A stretch of DNA of 32,000 nt, taken from assembly GCF_001481685.1 (NCBI RefSeq), contig NZ_CP006867.1:960001-992000 (forward strand), given 5' to 3'. This document shows, one piece after another, positions 17,737 through 25,739 of the stretch; within the stretch, counting starts at the first letter, position 1, and each line of letters opens with the position of its first letter. Source of the stretch: Ignicoccus islandicus DSM 13165. GTDB taxonomy: Archaea; Thermoproteota; Thermoprotei_A; Sulfolobales; Ignicoccaceae. The position numbers and the translations under genes are program-made. The notes under the pieces were generated by a model, which worked only from the letters and a program-made list of their open reading frames with translations, made no database searches and was not told the DNA's origin.

Positions 17737-20700
17737 ATGGAGTGCGGACCTCCAGCAAAGAGATTGCCGAGCATAACTGGTAAGGACACCGAGGCCGTCT
17801 TGAAGGAGCTATGGAAGAACGGACTTAACGTGCGGAAGGAAGTAGAAGAGCAAGTGAAAGCGTTCGTAGAAATGGCGAGGAAGAGCAACGAAACGGTCTC
17901 AGCGTTCGTTATAGGCGAATGGGGCGAGGGGAAGACCAGCGTCTTCGACGGATACGTGAGGGGCTTGGCCAAGGACTTCTGTCTACTAAGCGTTTCAGCT
18001 AGGAGAATAGTTGATTCTGTAAGGAGACTCAGGGCCGGAATGGGGCACTCGTCGGCATTGATCTTCGCCTCAGCGTTGTTGCACTCGATTTCAATGGAAG
18101 GAGAGGAGAGGGGAGAGAGCCTAGTAGATCCTTACAAAGGCGAGCCCCTCCACGAGTACTCCAAGAAGGCTTTGGATCAGTTGTTCGGCAAATGTGGTAA
18201 CAAAAAAGTAATAGTGTTCATAGATGAGTTCGAAGAAATAGTTTCGCCCAAGAACAAGGACGTCGTTAGCGAGGTCCTGAACGGATTGGTCGAACTGATT
18301 AATGGCGAGTATGGATACTTGAGCGAGAAGTATCCCGGAAGGCTCCACTTAATGGTAGCTTTAACTCCCTACGCCTACGTCAAGGCCCTAACCTTAGCTA
18401 ACATAGACGAGAGCCTGAAAGGTAGAACGGAGAGGAGACTGCACTTCAAGATAGAGCTCAGGCCCTTGAGTAGGGTAGAGGCCTTTAACCTAGCTAAGGC
18501 TATCTTGAACTTCGCCTTCGGAGAGGACTTCAGTCCATTCCCATACCAATTCCTCAATACTCTCTATACCATAGCGCAAGGCAATCCGGGGGCGTTAACG
18601 AGTCTCTTAAGGGTAGTATTGAGCCACTTGAGCGAGGGTAACTGCACTAGGTACACTAAAGACCCATACGAGCTAATAGAGGTGCTCTCTAACACTACCG
18701 TCTTCACCTACGTGGGATCGTCTAAAGCAATAGACAAGTTATACTTTGAGAGAATATTAACCTCTATAGCGAGAAATGAGGCGGAACGTAGGGCGGTGGC
18801 CACAGTAGCTGCTTACTACTACCCCCTCACTCTAAAGGAGATGAGCGATCTCGGAGGAGTGCCCGTGGAAGTAATTGAGACGTTGGACCAAAGGGCCTCC
18901 CTATCCTCAACACCTCTCTTAGAGAAGTTCTGGAGGACCGACGATTACTCCAAGGCCTTTATGGTAATACTTGAGAGCTTGAGAAACGTCTTCACTGAAG
19001 GGGACGAGGAGGAGTTTAGGAAGATCATTGAGGAACTAACGTATCCGAAAGGTGAGTCTAACCAATTCTTCCTGGTAATACCTGATGAGAGCAGCGCGGA
19101 GATCTTGGAGGACATAATAGGCGAAAGGAGGCTCATAGGGGATATAACCAAACTAGCTTCGTATTTGAAGAAGAAGTTGGAAGAGGCTGGTATTAAACTG
19201 GAAGAGAGCTACATGCTCTCGCGTAAACACGCCATAAACTTGTATCCCCCGCCTGCCGTTAGCGCAGCCTTCTTCATAAAAGATCCTCAAATGAGAGCTA
19301 AGGCGTGGAAGGATGCCCTCAACGCCGTGAGTAAGGGAGACGTGAACCTAGACAAAGCGTTGGTAGACATGTTGCTAACGGCCTTTCAAGGCAAGCACGT
19401 AGGCAAGATGGTTACAGTGAAGGTGCCAACGCCGTCTAAGCAAGTTCCGGTTACCGTTTACCCCAAAGCAGTACTCTTCCGAGATATAGAATTGAGGAAG
19501 ATAGCGGAGGAGGCTAAGAGGGAAGGTGCCAACGTACTCCTAGTTCTGACTAAGAGCGATATCGCAAACGAGATAGAGGACCTATTGAGCACTTCCGATA
19601 TAGATTACTTCGTTATAGGCGCTAAGGACGTAAAGGTAATACAGCTAGCTGTTTACTCGATTTACTCTTCTCCTGAAAAGAGGGACGTAATAGATCCCGA
19701 GAAGGTTCAAATGTTCTTAAAGAGAATAAGCGAGGAGTTGGGTATAAGGGAAGCGCTCGAGAAGTGGGCCGAGAAGGCGTACAAGGAAGGCATAATAGTT
19801 GACGACTTGCCTAGGATATCCGGTGCCTCTGAAGAGAGTATTGCTGAGGCCTACACCTTCTACTTGGCCTATCCATCAAATGAAATGACGACGGAAGAGG
19901 TGTTTGAGCACGTAGTGAAGACTGTTAGGAAGTTCATGATATACGGCAGAGGATCCCGTAAAAAGGTTCCCTTCAGTACGGGTATAGACGTGGAAAGTCC
20001 CTCCATGTTAAAGAGGTTCGAAGACGATTTAGTTGCAGCAGGCCTGTTAGAGAGAAGGAATGGGAAGCTTAGAATAACCATGAGCAAAGTAGAGAAGAGA
20101 ATACTAAACGAGGTTAAGAAGAGGGGCAAAGCCCCTTGGAAAGCTATAGAAAAAGAGTTCATATTAGTTGCAAACAACAAGAGGATACTTAGCGATTTCT
20201 ATTTAAAGATATTGGAAAAGAGGGGATTGGTGAGAGTAGAGAGGAGGGGGAACGAGCCCTATTTAGTGGAGCTCGTGGAACCATCGATAATAGCATCCGA
20301 GTTGGACGCTCAAGCGAACAAGCTCGAGGACTTGTGGAACAAGAACGGATACAAGTGGAGCACCTATGCCCACATAGTAGTCTCAAAGAAGAAGGAAGAC
20401 AACTTAATACTGTTGGAGGAGGTGAAGGACTACGTCGAGAAAGGGGCATTGGAGCTTAGAAGGGAGAGCGACGCCTACGCTATAGCCAGGAGAGCCACGT
20501 TCTTACTGAACTTAGGTAAGTACCTGGAGCATCAGCTAGTTCCAGTAACTAGGAAAGCGTATGAGGAAGCCTCCAGGTTGATTGATTCGTACGATAAGAA
20601 GATTGACGAATTCAAGACGAAGCTAAGAGCAGTTACCAATAAGACCCTCAGCGTTGCCAAAATACCGACCGTATCTCCCAGCGAGTTCGAAGAGGTAGTG

Positions 20701-21903
20701 AGGCTTCACGAACTCATGGAGAAAGCTGTGGACATTGATTCAAAACCCTTACCAAAAGACGTGATGAATAGATTAGTGGCGGAAATGAGAGCCAACGGCA
20801 TCCTCCCAGATCTATTCTACTTCGAGAAATTCTACGATCAGAGGTCTTGGGCACTAGCGGATTTCTTTAACTTAAAATATCACTTAATTAAAGAGAAGAC
20901 GAACGAGTTAGATCGCTTGCTCAGAACCTACGAGGACTACTTAAGGGAAGCTGAGAAGTACCTTAATAGAATAGAGAACAAGGAAAGGGAAGTAGTTACT
21001 AGACTGGAAAGCTTGGCTTCCGGGGGCTTCAATACTAGGCTGAGCTCAATAGCTTATTCGTGGTTGAAGGAACTAATTGTAGGCGAAGGAAGGAACTTCT
21101 CGAAGATAGCTCTCTCGTTAAAGGATCTAGTGGAAATGCTAAGTGAAGTAGAGAAGAGCGTCGGCGTGTTCGACGACAACGTCTTAGCTATCCTAAAGAT
21201 GTTGGATGAGCTTAAGGACGAGGAAGTGCGATTTCACCGCAACTTGGCGTACCTCAAGCTCTGGTATCAATTCCTCTCCTCCTTCTACGATAGGAACGAA
21301 GTAGGCAAGGAGCTGGACCTATTGAAGCGCAAGATAAGCGAACTGGAGAGCTCCTACAGGAAGATTTCGGATGACGAAAGGGAGCCCAATAGCTTAGCGG
21401 ACTTGAGTACGGTATTGAGGGCTCTAAGGAGAAGAATAGCGGAGCTGAATTCCGAAGTTGAGAAGTTGAAGGGAAGCGCTAGGGAACTCCATGAGGCGAA
21501 AATGAACGAACTGATTGAGGATTTAAGGAGCGTGAAGAAAACTATAAACCTATTAAAGAAGCTAGATCCGAAGGCAGAAGTACCTAAGGCCATATTGAAC
21601 GTCGAAATGAAAATAAGGAAGCTCGCTGAGAGCGCTCCAACGTCTATGGACGAGAACGCGACTTATTCCAAGCTAAAAGATCAGATAGAGAAATTGAAGA
21701 CTTACGTTAAGGTAAACGTAAAGAGCGTGTTGAGCGAGAAGGAGGTATTAGCGCTGGAACTAGTTAGTAGAAAGAAGGAATGGAAACTCAATGAGCTCAT
21801 AGGGGAACTCGAGGGAGCTGGCGTGAAAGGAGAGGAAGCGCTCAAAATCATTCTATCCCTTCAGAACAAGGGACTGCTCGAGGCCCTAGTGACGGTCAAG
21901 TAA
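17737..21903 (+). CDS. Giant (1388 aa) P-loop NTPase with winged-helix-like modules and a long coiled-coil C-terminal half; unknown function
   Basis: Walker A is IGEWGEGKTS (17911-17940) and Walker B is VIVFIDEFEE (18208-18237). AQGNPGALTSLLRVV resembles the ORC/Cdc6 lid and sensor-2 segment. wH-like segments include KVEKRILNEVKKRGKAPWKAIEKEF...LEKRGLVRVERRG and the C-terminal EKEVLALELVSRKKEWKLNELIGEL...LQNKGLLEALV. Residues about 900-1330 are heptad-like, K/E/L-rich helices. Confidence 0.8.
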   Translation: MECGPPAKRLPSITGKDTEAVLKELWKNGLNVRKEVEEQVKAFVEMARKSNETVSAFVIGEWGEGKTSVFDGYVRGLAKDFCLLSVSARRIVDSVRRLRAGMGHSSALIFASALLHSISMEGEERGESLVDPYKGEPLHEYSKKALDQLFGKCGNKKVIVFIDEFEEIVSPKNKDVVSEVLNGLVELINGEYGYLSEKYPGRLHLMVALTPYAYVKALTLANIDESLKGRTERRLHFKIELRPLSRVEAFNLAKAILNFAFGEDFSPFPYQFLNTLYTIAQGNPGALTSLLRVVLSHLSEGNCTRYTKDPYELIEVLSNTTVFTYVGSSKAIDKLYFERILTSIARNEAERRAVATVAAYYYPLTLKEMSDLGGVPVEVIETLDQRASLSSTPLLEKFWRTDDYSKAFMVILESLRNVFTEGDEEEFRKIIEELTYPKGESNQFFLVIPDESSAEILEDIIGERRLIGDITKLASYLKKKLEEAGIKLEESYMLSRKHAINLYPPPAVSAAFFIKDPQMRAKAWKDALNAVSKGDVNLDKALVDMLLTAFQGKHVGKMVTVKVPTPSKQVPVTVYPKAVLFRDIELRKIAEEAKREGANVLLVLTKSDIANEIEDLLSTSDIDYFVIGAKDVKVIQLAVYSIYSSPEKRDVIDPEKVQMFLKRISEELGIREALEKWAEKAYKEGIIVDDLPRISGASEESIAEAYTFYLAYPSNEMTTEEVFEHVVKTVRKFMIYGRGSRKKVPFSTGIDVESPSMLKRFEDDLVAAGLLERRNGKLRITMSKVEKRILNEVKKRGKAPWKAIEKEFILVANNKRILSDFYLKILEKRGLVRVERRGNEPYLVELVEPSIIASELDAQANKLEDLWNKNGYKWSTYAHIVVSKKKEDNLILLEEVKDYVEKGALELRRESDAYAIARRATFLLNLGKYLEHQLVPVTRKAYEEASRLIDSYDKKIDEFKTKLRAVTNKTLSVAKIPTVSPSEFEEVVRLHELMEKAVDIDSKPLPKDVMNRLVAEMRANGILPDLFYFEKFYDQRSWALADFFNLKYHLIKEKTNELDRLLRTYEDYLREAEKYLNRIENKEREVVTRLESLASGGFNTRLSSIAYSWLKELIVGEGRNFSKIALSLKDLVEMLSEVEKSVGVFDDNVLAILKMLDELKDEEVRFHRNLAYLKLWYQFLSSFYDRNEVGKELDLLKRKISELESSYRKISDDEREPNSLADLSTVLRALRRRIAELNSEVEKLKGSARELHEAKMNELIEDLRSVKKTINLLKKLDPKAEVPKAILNVEMKIRKLAESAPTSMDENATYSKLKDQIEKLKTYVKVNVKSVLSEKEVLALELVSRKKEWKLNELIGELEGAGVKGEEALKIILSLQNKGLLEALVTVK

Positions 21904-22398
21904 CTTAAGGAGCTCTTCCTTACCATCGCCTTCCGAGAACTCCAATATAGTTCTGAAGTATCGCTTGGTTTTCTCGTTCGCTTCTAAGTAGACCGCTCCC
22001 GCCCCTGGTTGACCGTATATTATTATCGTTCCGTCGCTAGCGAGCATTAAAGCTGGGATAGCTAGTAGGTCCTCTTCGCCCTCTACTAGAACCCATAGGT
22101 CCTCCTTCAAAGCCCTTTCAATAGCCTTAGCCGCCTCTACGCACACGAAGCCGGGCGGGTTCCGAACTACTACGAAGCTTCTCAAGAACTTCAAGTTAAC
22201 CCTTACTTCCCTCCTGGTCTTCCCGTCTACTATCGCTACGAGGGGCTCTATTCCCCTTTCCAAGAGGGTTTTGGTGCTCACGTCCCCCACAGTTACTACC
22301 TTTCGTCCATCAATCGCTTCTATTAGGTCATCCGTATTATGGAACAGTATTCCTTGGGGTGCAGCGAGTAAGTACCTTATTTCCTTTGGGAACCTCAC
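21886..22398 (-). CDS. GTP-dependent dephospho-CoA kinase (DUF359/UPF0218 family)
   Basis: VTVGDVSTKTLL, VDGKTRRE, VRNPPGFV and VEGEEDLLAIPALMLASDGTIIIYGQPGAGAV match the archaeal DPCK family. I place the start at GTG 22398, which overlaps the spt4 stop as GTGA. The track start at 22539 adds a low-complexity extension that overlaps spt4. Confidence 0.8.
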   Translation of the reverse strand: MRFPKEIRYLLAAPQGILFHNTDDLIEAIDGRKVVTVGDVSTKTLLERGIEPLVAIVDGKTRREVRVNLKFLRSFVVVRNPPGFVCVEAAKAIERALKEDLWVLVEGEEDLLAIPALMLASDGTIIIYGQPGAGAVYLEANEKTKRYFRTILEFSEGDGKEELLKLLDRH

Positions 22399-22604
22399 TC
22401 CGAAGCAGACACTTCCACTGCGTACCTTCCCGGTTTCTTCAAGTACTCCGTCTTTCCTATCAGCTCCGATTCCTCTGAGATTATTATTACTACTCCGTCC
22501 CAGTTCTCTGTTATTTCCGTGCTCCCGCAGTACGGACACCTCTCAGTTCCCCTAGGAAGTAAAGCCTTGCAATTCATACACGCAACGAAGGGCTTCCTTC
22601 TCAA
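22395..22604 (-). CDS. spt4: Transcription elongation factor Spt4 (RpoE'')
   Basis: 69 aa with the zinc ribbon ACMNC...CPYCGS, then NWDGVVIIISEESELI...GRYAVEV. The TTG start overlaps the rpo7 stop as TTGA. Confidence 0.9.
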   Translation of the reverse strand: MRRKPFVACMNCKALLPRGTERCPYCGSTEITENWDGVVIIISEESELIGKTEYLKKPGRYAVEVSASE

Positions 22605-23134
22605 CTTCCGTTACCTCCATCCTCAATCTTACCTAAGTACGGTTGTCTCATAGTAATTCCTATCCTAACTTCGTTAGCGTAGCTCACTTGCACTATCTTA
22701 CCCCTGACTTTGTCTCCTTTCTTTATTCTAATCTTAGTCCTCTCGCCAACCATGCTTCCAGTTGCTGGATCGTAAATGAACCTATCATCTCCCAGTTGCG
22801 ACCTATGTGCGAAAGCGTTTATTGGACCGATGTTCACTTCCACACCGGCCTTGGGATTAACGTTATCTACTATTCCCTCTACAACTTCGTGCCTCAAGGG
22901 CACGAAGGCTATCAAACTGAACTCTACTTCGTGATAGGTCGCGCCGTCTCCGGGAAGTATGTATCCTTCTTCCTCTATCTTTACGTCCGTAACGGTTAGC
23001 ACTATTCCGAGTTCCCTATCAACGGTCCCCTCGTAATCTTCCCTTAGGATGTCTAGGGCCACTTTCTTTAGATCCTCACCGAACCTCTCAGGAGGTATCC
23101 TAACGACGTCTTTGAACTTGTAGATTCTATACAA
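22601..23134 (-). CDS. rpo7: DNA-directed RNA polymerase subunit Rpo7 (E')
   Basis: MYRIYKFKDVVRIPPERFGEDL...GDGATYHEVEF plus a C-terminal S1-like fold GDKVRGKIVQVS. Confidence 0.92.
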   Translation of the reverse strand: MYRIYKFKDVVRIPPERFGEDLKKVALDILREDYEGTVDRELGIVLTVTDVKIEEEGYILPGDGATYHEVEFSLIAFVPLRHEVVEGIVDNVNPKAGVEVNIGPINAFAHRSQLGDDRFIYDPATGSMVGERTKIRIKKGDKVRGKIVQVSYANEVRIGITMRQPYLGKIEDGGNGS

Positions 23135-23178
23135 GCGCTTTACCCCCTCAACGATCTACCCGTAAAAGTAAAATAATT

Positions 23179-23535
23179 TCAAGTCTTAGTTAGCTTCTCC
23201 TTGAGTTGCAAGGTCGAAAGGAGGGCTACGATCAATATTATTAGCTCCAAGAACAAGTGAGGTACCCATAGTCTCGGTAGCTCGCCATAGGGAGTTATTA
23301 CGCTCCTGGAAACCCTTCCCGCGTTGAACCAAGCTACGGAGCTCAAGATCAAGTAGCCTTTGGTCTCGTTCTTCCCCAAGCAATATAGCGAGACTGCATA
23401 TAACGCTAACCAGAAGACGTTTTCGAAAAACAAGAATAGTGGGAATTGCTTAATGACGCCAACGAGGTGCGCTAGATCAATAGCTACGTAGTTAAGCATG
23501 AGAAACGCGACTAAGCCTATCAACGCTTTCTTCAA
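23179..23535 (-). CDS. Small membrane protein (about 4 TM), unknown
   Basis: 118-aa hydrophobic ORF with no recognisable motifs. Confidence 0.5.
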   Translation of the reverse strand: MKKALIGLVAFLMLNYVAIDLAHLVGVIKQFPLFLFFENVFWLALYAVSLYCLGKNETKGYLILSSVAWFNAGRVSRSVITPYGELPRLWVPHLFLELIILIVALLSTLQLKEKLTKT

Positions 23536-23611
23536 ATTAACACCCTAAGGAAAGGCCTCTCCGGGGAAATTACTATACTTTTCTCACTGCTCCGCGCTTC
23601 CGTCTCCGGTA

Positions 23612-24493
23612 TTGGAAATGAGAACGCGCGTACTGTTATTGTTCCTAATAGTACCCCTTTACGCGATCTCCCTCAAACCTCTTTGGAGCTTCCAGACGGG
23701 GGCGCTCGTTTCGGGAATAGCACCCGGAGAGAAGTACTTGGGCGTGTCCTCATGGGACGGATGCTTGTACTTCCTCGACCTAAGTGGTAAGATGTACGAG
23801 AAGATATGCCTCGGAAGCGACGTTGAAGACGTGGATTACCTAAACGGCACTTTCGCCGCAATAACGCTCGAAGGAAAGCTAGTGTTCGTTAACGAGACGA
23901 CGTTAAAGGTCTATAGGGAATTAAACGCAGGCCCAGAATTCTCTTTTGTGGTAAAGTTGTTGCCTAATGGAACGTTAGTTTGCTTAGAAGGATGCAAGTA
24001 CTTAGATAAGGAAGGTAACGTTCAATGGGTTTCCCATCTAGGTCACGTCGCTAAGAAGCCCGCGTATGCCTTTGGATACCTCTACGTTCCAACGTGGGAC
24101 GGTTACCTTTACATAGTAAAGGACGGTAAGGTCCTTAACAAGATTTCGTATTTAGAGAGGGTTTGGGAGGTCAGTTCATGTGGAAAGGAGCTCGCAGTAA
24201 GCACCGATAGCGCTGTATACCTTTACAACCTAACCGATCCGATCAAACCTTCGCTTGAATGGAAGGTAGACGGCTTCGAGGAGGCTTGGTCGGTTAGCTT
24301 CTCAAAGGATTGCTCTATGCTTGCAATTGCCGATGCGTGCTCTAAATTAGTAACAATAGTTGATTCCAACGGCCAAGTTCTATTAAAGAAGGGCTTCGAT
24401 GAAGGCGCCTCAACTATATATTTCAAGGGGAACTTGCTGATACTGGGCTCGAGCATAGGAAGGGTCGTAGCCTTCGAGCTCTCTCCTAAATAA
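23612..24493 (+). CDS. Secreted beta-propeller (PQQ/BamB-like repeat) protein
   Basis: Signal-like N-terminus RTRVLLLFLIVPLYAIS. Reiterated repeats follow (PLWSFQTG..., SSWDGCLYFLDLSGK, TWDGYLYIVKDGK, VYLYNLTD). Confidence 0.6.
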   Translation: MEMRTRVLLLFLIVPLYAISLKPLWSFQTGALVSGIAPGEKYLGVSSWDGCLYFLDLSGKMYEKICLGSDVEDVDYLNGTFAAITLEGKLVFVNETTLKVYRELNAGPEFSFVVKLLPNGTLVCLEGCKYLDKEGNVQWVSHLGHVAKKPAYAFGYLYVPTWDGYLYIVKDGKVLNKISYLERVWEVSSCGKELAVSTDSAVYLYNLTDPIKPSLEWKVDGFEEAWSVSFSKDCSMLAIADACSKLVTIVDSNGQVLLKKGFDEGASTIYFKGNLLILGSSIGRVVAFELSPK

Positions 24494-24520
24494 CCTCCTC
24501 CAAGCGTTAATTGACCGCGG

Positions 24521-24856
24521 GTGATCCTCATGGAAAGTTTATTACCGAAAATAGACGACGTATTGGAGGTTTACTCCTCATTTATTGAGAGGGAAGACGT
24601 AGATTCCGCAAATAGGTTCCTAGCGAGCTTGTGTTCCACCATAGCCTTCGCAGTGGCTTCGGGGAAATTAGACGAGGAAAAGGCGAGGAGTTACCTAGAG
24701 GAACTTAGGGAAAAGGTAGTTGAAGGACCCGGAATGTTGAACCCATACGTTTTCGGTCTGCTTGGAGACTTAATAGAGGACCCCAAAGACATAAACAGGA
24801 TAAAGGAGAGGCTAATCCAAATTTGGAGCATGGACGAACTAGGCTTGGAGGACTAG
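24521..24856 (+). CDS. Small acidic helical protein, unknown
   Basis: 111-aa ORF 28 nt after the propeller gene, with a probable ATG at 24530. A hairpin plus T-run follows it. Confidence 0.45.
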   Translation: MILMESLLPKIDDVLEVYSSFIEREDVDSANRFLASLCSTIAFAVASGKLDEEKARSYLEELREKVVEGPGMLNPYVFGLLGDLIEDPKDINRIKERLIQIWSMDELGLED

Positions 24857-24884
24857 GGGCGCTTTTCCAAAACTCGTTCTGACA

Positions 24885-24918
24885 TCGAACTCGGTTCGAG
24901 CGTCCCCAACTTTTTCTT
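24885..24918 (+). terminator. Hairpin plus oligo-T terminator candidate
   Basis: tcgaac-tcg-gttcga is an inverted repeat (24885-24899). It is followed by ctttttctt (24910-24918). Confidence 0.4.
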
Positions 24919-24999
24919 ACAGTTATCCATTGAAGAATCATTTTCGACCTCACTATTTAAGCCCCACTGTGCGACTACGATAGCATTGGTACAGATGAG

Positions 25000-25401
25000 A
25001 TGCCTTGCCCGTGGTTCAAGGACGGTATGTGCCATAGCCCGAAAATAGGTAAGCCGAGCGCCGCTATAGTTAACAAGAAGTGCACGTCCGATAACTACGA
25101 GGAATGCAAGTTCTACGTTCCTCCGGAAGCGACAGATAAGGGCTTGAGCGCGTTCGTATCGGAAGAGAGGAGCGAGGAGAGCTTCGAGGAGAAGTACAAA
25201 CCTTACAAGTTAATCCACGCGTCCCCCTACAAACCAGAAAGCAAGTGCCCTCACTTCGAGGTCATGAGGGGCACGGACGGTAAGTGGTACGCGCTCTGTA
25301 AGGTCATGGACAGACTCTTAACCGTAGTTGAAATGAAGTTGTGTGAACACCATTGGAAGACGTGTCCGTTCTATAAGAACGCAGTTAAGCTCTTGAGTTG
25401 A
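25000..25401 (+). CDS. Cys-rich protein with two 4-Cys modules (putative metal-binding), unknown family
   Basis: Module 1 is CPWFKDGMC-x16-C-x7-CKFY. Module 2 is CPHF-x13-C-x14-C-x6-CPFY. An acidic linker joins them. A TATA-like ctatttaag lies at 24953-24961. Confidence 0.6.
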   Translation: MPCPWFKDGMCHSPKIGKPSAAIVNKKCTSDNYEECKFYVPPEATDKGLSAFVSEERSEESFEEKYKPYKLIHASPYKPESKCPHFEVMRGTDGKWYALCKVMDRLLTVVEMKLCEHHWKTCPFYKNAVKLLS

Positions 25402-25427
25402 GGAGCCTAGTAGCACCAAGAACCCTT

Positions 25428-25735
25428 TAGGACGGGGAGGTTCGGGACTGCATCCGTTTCGTTCAGCCCGGGCTGGGTCTCCAGCCCATTACCTAATCCC
25501 CATGCGAGGGGACTCGGGGTTACGATGTGATGATTTGCGCGGGAACGAGGCCGGGGAGGACAAACAACAAACAGATGAACGTAGTCTGACATAAATTCTA
25601 GAATATTCCTTCGATACTTGGGAATTCCATACGAAGCGGTACTCGCAGTGGCACTCTTCTGTAGTCCCCAGCCTCGCCCTGTACAGACTGGAGCGTTCCT
25701 AGCTTGAATTTGTATATTCTCCCTCCCCGCTTTTT
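25428..25735. ncRNA. Candidate structured non-coding RNA(s), class unassigned
   Basis: This is the largest ORF-free gap in the window and is GC-rich relative to the flanks. CGGGGAGG (25433-25440) is complementary to CCTCCCCG (25722-25729). GAGGCCGGGG (25547-25556) pairs with CCCCAGCCTC (25666-25675) at 9 of 10 positions. GGGACTG (25444-25450) pairs with TAGTCCC (25662-25668). There is a perfect hairpin GGGCTGG-gtct-CCAGCCC (25470-25487). A GTGATGA (25527-25533) and CTGA (25586-25589) pair is present. A T5 run sits at 25731-25735. Confidence 0.35.
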
Positions 25736-25739
25736 AAAA
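25731..25739 (+). promoter_or_regulatory. TATA box of mobB (leaderless-type spacing)
   Basis: tttttaaaa is centred about 28 nt upstream of the ATG at 25763. Confidence 0.45.

Noticed and set aside
25527-25589. Canonical dual-guide C/D box sRNA (C box GTGATGA, D box CTGA)
   Set aside because: The only C'-like box (AGATGA, 25573-25578) is 7 nt from the D box instead of about 12. The D'-C' spacer would be about 23 nt. The box pair is more likely a K-turn within a larger RNA.
25428-25735. Assignment of the GC-rich gap to SRP (7S) RNA, RNase P RNA or an intron-containing tRNA
   Set aside because: The 5' AGGACGGGGAGGTTCGG and CTGTAGTCCCCAGCC stretches are faintly reminiscent of SRP Alu-domain sequences. 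However, neither strand has the universal helix-8 GGAA...GAGCA motif, the RNase P CR-I (GAGGAAAGUCC) or CR-V (ACAGAA..GGCUUA), or a GTTCGAATC/GTTCAAATC T-loop. By-eye search only; cmscan is needed.
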